Part shown: positions 55,856 to 64,000 of the stretch, piece after piece
How positions within the stretch are numbered: position 1 is the stretch's first letter
Layout of the letters: each line of letters starts with the position of its first letter
DNA from: Octopus vulgaris
Lineage: Eukaryota
NCBI GenBank assembly: GCA_951406725.2
Contig: OX597833.1
Coordinates: 62,620,001-62,684,000, forward strand
Length of the DNA: 64,000 bases
Direction of reading: 5' to 3'
The notes under the pieces: generated by a model
Seen by the model: only the letters and a program-made list of their open reading frames with translations
Database searches by the model: none
What the model was told of the DNA's origin: nothing
Position numbers and translations under genes: made by a program

Positions 55856-56261
55856 TTACTCTTTACTCTTACTTGTTTCAGTCATTTGACTGCGGCCATG
55901 CTGGAGCACCGCCTTTAGTCGAGCAAATCGACCCCGGGACTTATTCTTTGTAAGCCCAGTACTTATTCTATTGGTCTCTTTTGCCGAACCGCTAAGTGAC
56001 GGGGACGAAACACACCAGCATCGGTTGTCAAGCAATGCTAGGGGGACAAACACAGACACAGAAACATATACACACACACATATATATATACATATATACG
56101 ACGGGCTTTTTTCAGTTTCTGTCTACCAAATCCACTCACAAGGCATTGGTCGGCCCAGGGCTATAGCAGAAGACACTTGCCCAAGATGCCACGCAGTAGG
56201 ACTGAACCTGGAACCATGTGGTTGGTTAGCAAGCTACTTACCACACAGCCACTCCTGCGCC
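55856..56261 (-). mobile_element. tRNA-derived SINE, family A
   Basis: Full-length copy. Confidence 0.87.
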
Positions 56262-56503
56262 TATGATCTTGTTCACATTTAAACTAAATTCAAACATAAT
56301 TTTATGTAAGAAAGTCATGTTAATTTACTAAAGTCTCTCCAGATTACTTTCGAATTAAATTCAATCTGCAGGGCAGAAATAACAACAAAGAGGTTTAATA
56401 TGAAATAATCAGCTATGCCAGTGGAGGTAAGAAACTTGTTAGATTATTCAGCACAATATCAACTTTTTATCACAGTACATAAGTCAAACTGATATGAAAT
56501 AGT

Positions 56504-56738
56504 TCTTACTCTTTACTCTTTTACTTGTTTCAGTCATTTGACTGCGGCCATGCTGAAGCACCGCCTTTAATCAAGCAACTCAACCCCGGAACTTATTCTT
56601 TTTTTAAGCCCAGTACTTATTCTATCGGTCTCTTTTGCCGAACCACTAAGTGACGGGGACATAAACACACCAGCATCGGTTGTCAAGCAATGCTATGGGG
56701 ACAAACACAGACACACAAACACACACACACGCATACAT

Positions 56739-56779
<41 letters not shown>

Positions 56780-56960
56780 CACACACACACACACACACGA
56801 CGGGCTTCTTTCAGTTTCCGTCTACCAAATCCACTCACAAGGCTTTGGTCGGCCCGAGGCTATAGTAGAAGACACTTGCCCAAGGTGCCACGCAGTGGGA
56901 CTGAACCCGGAACCATGTGGTTGGTAGACAGGCAACTTACCACACAGCCACTCCTGCGCC
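56504..56960 (-). mobile_element. tRNA-derived SINE, family A
   Basis: Full-length copy. Confidence 0.87.
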
Positions 56961-57054
56961 TGTTAGAAATCTTTATAAATTTTTGCAGCTCTGTAAACAA
57001 GTCATGTGCAGATTGAGGAAACAATTGAAAATCTCTAGGAAGACATATTTTTAA

Positions 57055-57274
57055 CCCTTTAATCTTCAGATTACTCTGTTAATTGCAATACTTTTACACT
57101 CAAATTGTTTTGAATTAATCATGCATTATCTCATAGCTTTGAGGTTTCAATGATGTGATTATTTATGTTTAGAATGTCAATGTAGGTTTGGTGTGAGAGG
57201 CCAGATATGGCTAGTTCAAATATAAAACATGTAGAATATTTGGGCCGGATATGGTCGTTTTAAACACTAAGAAG
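57055..57274. mobile_element. piggyBac-like MITE, family 2 (reverse orientation)
   Basis: Reverse complement of the 24566 element; TTAA flanks. Confidence 0.72.
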
Positions 57275-58099
57275 TTAAATTAAATTTGTGAGCAGGTAAA
57301 GTTTAAAATCATGAAACTGGAGTTGCAGTTTTCAATGACAAAATAATAATTCTTAATAAAAGGATTTAATATTTTGGGGGAATAGAAATAATCTAATATC
57401 TTGTAAATTATATTAACTGCAATAAGGTCTGTAATAACACTAGTAAAAATGGGGTGATGCCTCAATCTATACAGAATAAGTAATAACCCACTACTGACAC
57501 TGGAATTGTACAAGAAAATCTATAATAGTTCCTTTATCATAGTTCCTTTAATGAGAATGTGATCTTGGCAACTGAAGTATAATCCTACAGGAAACTAATA
57601 TTTGTGTGAAAATAATATCATTTATGTTTCAATCCTTGTAGTCAGGTAGAGGTGAATAATTTGGACTTATGGAAGTAAATATTTAGTAACCTAGAACAAT
57701 GAAAGTACCCAATGATAAGGAAACAAAGAGCATGTTTTGTAAAGCAGTTTTTTTTTTTTAAAACTCAAATTAATCCTGAGTTACTCTGAACACCTAAAGC
57801 AACAACAAAGCTTTCTACATATGTACTGTAAACCACATATAATTATACGAAGCTGAGTATTATAACCTCAACTGAGAAAATTAAGTGATGGTGGAAAGCT
57901 GGGACAGAGAAAGAGAAAGAAGAGCTTGAAAAATATGGGGCCATCCATAGATAATGCTGTTTTTACAATGGCATGAACTAAAAATCGGAGGGGGATGGGA
58001 TAAACTACCTGCATCAACTTACTATAAAAGCAGGTAGTAATTTTACCTTGTACTTATTCTTAGTGCAAGTTTTGAAGAGTGCAATTCGATTTTAACTTA

Positions 58100-58460
58100 T
58101 TTTTACAAAGCTATAATGGAAGTGACAAAGGAGCATTTTCGACATATTTTGCTTTATGAGTTCAATAGAGAAAACAACACAACAGAAAGTGTGAGGAATA
58201 TTAATGCAGTATATGAGGATCGGACAGTAAGTGTCAACAGTGGTTCCAGAAGTCAGCGGTAGACAAAAAGCAACCATCTTTAGTTTCAAGGCGAAAGATG
58301 TTCTTCCATCAGGATAATGCTTGGCCACATACAATGAGGATGACATTCCAAATGATGGAGCAGTTTGAATGGCAAAACGATGCCCCACTCACCATATTTG
58401 CCAGACATTGCCCCATCTGATTATCATTTACTCCGCAGTCTTCAAAATCATTTGGAAAGA
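58100..58460 (+). mobile_element. mariner transposase remnant
   Basis: HQDNA and HSPYLPDIAPSDYHLLRSLQNHL motifs. Confidence 0.75.
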
Positions 58461-59333
58461 GAACACATTAGATAATGTAGTCCTACTCAGACTATGTATG
58501 AAAGAAAAAGGAAAAAAAATAAGATGATTAACCGACACATCTTATATCAGAGCAGGACTGACTCATAGCTAAACAACAATCTACATTAAATGAACAAGAC
58601 TTTTAGTTACGAATGCAAGCCTCAATGGTTAGCTTAACCGCCTGTACAACCTGAATCTGTCTACAAGCTCCATCTATCCAATAACACTTGAATCAAATCA
58701 CTTCTTGTGATACATATGCTTTAAAGGAAGTTAGGAACCCTCTAATTGAAGGGAGGGGGCTTTAACCCCTTCCACCATTTATTCTGTAATATTTTTTATA
58801 AATTAATATTTGGCCACATGTTGCTAAATGTTTGCAAATTTTCCCCAGAGTTTCTTTATATTATTCATCAACACCTACTTAAGATTTATCTATTCCTTTA
58901 ATGCATACAAGCGATCTACCTGGCTTCAACCCATGAAATTTTTCAAATAACTCAAGATGCTATGTCAGCAGCAGAGTGGTTGGACATTTCTTCACCACAG
59001 AACTATAAACCTTTCCTAAGTGTTGTTGGTCCAAAAAACACCTGTGGGATTTGATGCAAATGAAGCTGGTTTAGTTTCTTTAGCTTTTCAACCGTTTGCT
59101 AGTTTCTTTAGCTTTTCAACCGTTTGCTCAATGAGTTGCACCAGTGGCCAACAAACTAATTTGCATGAAGAACGAAAGGAAGCACCTGTGTTTGTTGTTG
59201 TAAATTTCATGATGAAAACATTGAAATTTTTCGTTTGTAACTCCACGTTCATTACCATTTACGTCTAATTTATTACTAACCTCTATCTTCCATCGTTGTT
59301 GATTATGTTTTATAATTATGTAATTCTTTCATC

Positions 59334-59670
59334 TTTACTTGTTTTAGTCATTAGACTGTGGCCATGCTAGAGTACCACTTTGAAGAATTTTAGACCCCAG
59401 TTCTTTTTTTTTAAGCCTGATGCTTATTCTATTGGTATCTTTTGTTAAATTGCTAAGTTATGGGGACATATGTACACCAACACCAGTTGTCAAGCAGTGG
59501 TGGGACACACATACACATGACAGACTTCTTTCAGTTTCTCTCAACCAAATCTACTCACAAGGCTTTGTTTGGTCAGCTCAAGGCTATAGAAGACACTTGC
59601 TTCAAGTGCCACACGGTGGTACTGAACCCAGAACAATTTGGTTAGCAAGCAAACTTCTCACCACTTGGCT
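59334..59670 (-). mobile_element. diverged SINE, family A
   Basis: Similar to intact copies. Confidence 0.7.
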
Positions 59671-61481
59671 ATGCATTAATTAACAACCAGACATAATGCA
59701 AAATTATTTTTTAACACAAATGACTATTTACATTTAAAAACAAAGTTTTTTTTTCTGCAATACAGCTAATTTTCACAATAATCTAACCATTTATGAAGAC
59801 ACAAAGCAATTAAATAAAACACTTTTAGATATCTTCTGCTCAACCATTACAAGACAGCTTTTGACTGAAAACTTTCAATATAATCCAGCAGATTTCCGAT
59901 CAAAACCATTCCAGCCATGACCATCCTATTCATTTTTCCAGGCATCCTAGGACTACATTAACTAATATAAGCTCTAGACTGTAGGTGATTTGACTTTTCA
60001 AAAAGCCAAAATAATCATACACAGATGCTCTTGTATTGACTTGTTAGACAAGTATTACTGTTGGTGTACAATAAATATAGTTTACACTTGAGCAAACTCT
60101 GTATTGTTTTCTTCAGTCTCATTCAAGTGTTTGAATTGTGTATTGATGGTCAGTCTAAGGGACCATAAAATCCTATTTTAGAGCACTCAGAGGTGTATAA
60201 AACACAGTGAAAAGTTTTAAGATGTTGTTTTGGCCACTCTTCAGTTTTAAGCTTATCAATGTTATACTCTATTTACATGATCTATAAAAAATAAAATTTG
60301 CTTAACAAGAGGAACAATAAGCCTGGAGTGACAGAAGTGAAACCTTAAGCTTCAATTTATCATTTTAACATCCCCTTTTTCCTTACTGATATGGGTTAGA
60401 TAGTTTAACAGAAACCAACAAGCTTAGAGGGCTATGCTAAGCTACAAAGTCTGTTTTGGAATGGTTTATACAGCTGGATGCTCTTGCTAATCCCAACCAC
60501 AATTGTGTGCATATATGTACATATACATTCATATTCATTTGTGTATGCGTGTACAGCTATATATCTCAGGACTATTGTTGCTACTTATATCAGTAAAATA
60601 TATTTTTCTATCTCGTTCATTTACACTGTGATGGGCTCAGTGATTCCCATATTATGAATCATCAAAGATAGTGCTGGAGATATGCACCTATTGGCCTAGT
60701 CAGCTGAAAGCTGTTATGAAAAGACAGAATGACCTGAGACATGCTGGGTAGTCAATAACAAGTCTGTTAGTCATTTCATTGATTTTAATTTGAGTGGTCA
60801 AGTTGAACTATTTTCAAAAATTTAATCCCTCCTTAGTGGTGTTTAACGCATTTAAAGAAATTACTCAAGTATTTTTTTAAATTACACATATAGAATGGGG
60901 CTTCTACTGAATTTCAGTGAAACTATGTACATACACATACATAATAATTATTTCTACTCTAGACACAAGACCTTGAAAATTTCAGGGGAAGGGGACTAGT
61001 CAATTATATCGACCCCAGTGCATAACGGGTGCTTATTACAATGACCCCTGAAAGGATGAAAAGCAAAGTCGACCTCTATGGTATTTTAATAAATCAAAAC
61101 CATTTTCATTTGTTAAAATCACTCTCTGTAGAGAACGTGTCATAATTAGCAAATAGTGATTAACACCAGCTCCAAATTAGAAAGGGAAATAGTCTCAAAA
61201 ATCAAAAATTCTCCAATGATGTAATTAAAGAAAAGGACAACCTCGAGAACAGTTGCAGATACACTTCTGGTTCAATAGGGCACACACGCACAATATACTT
61301 TTACCAATTTCAGCCACTGGGCTGTGGTTTTGCCAGAGTACCACGTTTAAGGACTTTTACTCGATAATAAACTTCCTTGTCTTTCTGGTACTACTTTACA
61401 AAATCTTTAAAGAGAGGAGAGAAAGGGAACAATGTGACTGATATTTTTGTTTGACTGACAAACTAATTCTGCCACTTGCAG

Positions 61482-61663
61482 ACTCAATCTCTCAATCTCA
61501 CACACACACACTCAATCTATCTATCTCTCTCACACACTCAATCTATCTATCTCTCTCACACACTCAATCTATCTATCTCTCTCACACACTCAATCTATCT
61601 CTCTCTCTCACACAATCTATCTCTCTCTCTCACACAATCTATCTCTCTCTCTCACACACTCAA

Positions 61664-61707
<44 letters not shown>

Positions 61708-61730
61708 ACACACACACACACACACACACA
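61482..61730. repeat. minisatellite (cacactcaatctatctatctctct)n grading into (CT)n(CA)n
   Basis: Direct inspection. Confidence 0.9.
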
Positions 61731-62384
61731 GTCTACTCTGCAGTTTCCATCTACAAAATTTCATTCAAAAGACTAATGAAAATTTGTTTCATGGTGCTCA
61801 GTAGTGGTCTTGAAATCAGGATCTCAGTTCCAAAGTGAACTTAAAAACACAGCTGTGTATACATAAGAAGGGTTCAACTCTGGTGTAAAGCACCTTGAGC
61901 AAGTATCATCTATCACAGCCTCAGGTTGATAATGCATTGTCAGGTGTGGAAATTAAGAAATGTATTGTGTAGAAGGCTGCTGCACATGCAACATGTATAC
62001 ATGCATATGCACAAGTTTGTGTGCACAGAGATGGGGGGTAAAATCAGTGCACTGAACAGAAATAGCTTGCAGTATATATCAGGTTAGAGAGAGAGAGAGA
62101 GAGAGATCTGTAGAATAAGTAGCAAGCAAAATAGGAAACGTGTATAAAAAATTCACTGAAGATCCCTGCATGGCTGCAATCCACTGACTTAAAATCAATA
62201 AGTAAATTAAGAGACAGACTGGCAGCAAATAAGAGAAGTTCAGCAAAGAGAAAGAATATGGTATTGGATTGAGTAAGGCATTGAAATGAAGAGAATATGG
62301 TAGATGAACTAAATAAGAGACTGAATGGAAACTTGAAAGGTCTTTACACAATATTACAATGCAAGAGATATTGAAGGCATATAA

Positions 62385-62602
62385 CCCTTTCGTTACTAAC
62401 CCAGCTGAAACCGGCTCTGGGTCTGTAGTACAAATGTCTTGTTTTCATAAGCTTTGAATTAAAATCTTTCACCAAACCTTAGTCACAATTAATGTTCTGA
62501 ACACTAGATTAATAACTAAATTATTTTACTAAATTCTTTGTTATATTTAAAATTATTGAGAGAAAAACAGAATATCTCAAAATAAATACAGTAATGAAAG
62601 GG
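62385..62602. mobile_element. piggyBac-like MITE, family 1 (reverse orientation)
   Basis: TIR ccctttcgttac / gtaatgaaaggg followed by ttaa. Confidence 0.82.
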
Positions 62603-63523
62603 TTAATAAAAATGGTCACTTTTTCAAAAGATCGGCTACAGCAGCACCATGACAATGATACATACACAGTAAGACCACATTAAGATGAAAGGAATGTTTG
62701 TTGCACCATTAACATTTATTCATAAGTCGGGAGTAGCATTAACCAAAACCAAACAATGATAATGACTTACACAGGTAGATCTTAACAGCTGATTTTAGTA
62801 ACCAATACTCTCTCTCTCAATACACACACACAGATATAGTCTTCTCATTATAAAAGATTTAATAACTATCTGTGAAAAGGCAATTTATCTCCACTTGTGT
62901 GGTTTCAAAAACCCGTTACTACAGATATGTTGTTCTTGTGGTTGTATATGTGACCACAGTATTGGATTTAGTACTGGTGGTGGTTGTTTAACTCAAGATC
63001 TACATTCATCAATCAGACCTGTGATGAAAGGGTTTCAGCCACAACCATATGATTTTGTTTTTAGAGAAATGTAGTAGAGGTTTGGCTGTGTAATTGCTTC
63101 TCAACCATGTAGTCTAGGGTTCAAGTCCCATTGCATGACATCTTGTGCAGTGTCTTCAATTATAGCCCAGAGCCAACCAAGGTCTTGTGAGTGGATTTGG
63201 TAGATGGAAACTGGAAGAAGCTTATTGTGTCTGTGTGTCTTAACATCACATGATAGTTGTAAATGAGCACCACCATCATACAGCGTCATCCGTTTCCAGT
63301 ATTGTGTGAAAAACATGTCTGGCAATGGATAAACATTAACTTGCTTGGAAACAGGTGAGGGTTGGTGACAGGAAGGGCATCCCGAATGTAGAAAAGCTGC
63401 TTCAACAAATTCCATCTGACCCATGCAAACATGGACATTAACTGATGATGATAATGTAGCATTACATTATCTAATTATATCCTTTACAAAAAGGAATTAG
63501 GGTAAGATTTAAAGGAGATTTAA

Positions 63524-63737
63524 AGGCGGTGAGCTGGCAGAAACGTTAGCACGCCGGGCGAAATGCCTAGCGGTGAGTTCAAATTCCGCCGAGGTCAACT
63601 TTGACTTTCATCCTTTCGGGGTTGATAAATTAAGTACCAGTTACGCACTGGGGTCGATATAATCAACTTAATACCTATGTCTGTCCATGTTTGTCCCCTC
63701 TATGTTTAGCCCCCTTGTGGGTAATAAAGAAATAGGT
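63524..63737 (+). mobile_element. SINE family B
   Basis: Head aggcggtgagctggcagaaacgttagcacgcc plus Nin-like domain. Confidence 0.85.
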
Positions 63738-64000
63738 ATAATTTAAAGGAGAGTTGGCTGCTATTTCTAGCAGGGAAAGTGATCACATAGCAGCTCCCTC
63801 ATACTTTTGAATTTAGTGAGTCTCATACATTGCAAAGGTATAATAACAAAAATATTTACTTAGCAACCTAAATATTTGATATTTCCCCCATCATTTACTT
63901 GTAATGGAAATTTCAGTTCCAAAACTTATGCCAGAGAAGTGATAATTTCGTTCTCCGTAGTATGATACTAAACCTAATTTATCAAAAATAAATTCTATTT

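Noticed and set aside
61451-61838. 117-120 aa SLSH-rich ORFs
   Set aside because: Minisatellite translation
62771-62788. 18-nt segment with a gtaagt donor as an upstream exon
   Set aside because: Purine-rich acceptor context and no signal-peptide character; the first coding exon is probably beyond the window

Overview
AT-rich, repeat-dense animal genomic DNA. The SINE/RTE/mariner repertoire looks like octopus or another coleoid cephalopod, but that is an inference. The whole window lies inside one minus-strand gene for an NCAM/Fasciclin-2/apCAM-type adhesion molecule. I reconstructed 13 phase-compatible GT-AG exons by hand (48582 down to 19223; 2064 nt; no stops) encoding 5 Ig and 2 FN3 domains. 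The signal-peptide exon (right) and the TM/GPI exons (left) were not found in the window. The main finding is a set of candidate microexons that the ORF track misses or only partly shows: 6 nt in Ig1, 12 nt in FN3-2, and an array of frame-preserving phase-1 stalk cassettes (27, 30, 63, 39, 114 nt) plus candidate stop/terminal exons over about 19 kb after FN3-2. Together these suggest a combinatorial membrane-proximal isoform system. Ig2 also lacks its canonical F-strand cysteine. The introns hold tRNA-derived SINEs, decayed RTE LINEs, mariner/maT fossils, piggyBac-like and 8-bp-TSD MITEs, hairpins, a templated insertion and a near-perfect 1.84-kb tandem duplication. All exon calls rest on sequence alone and need RNA-seq.
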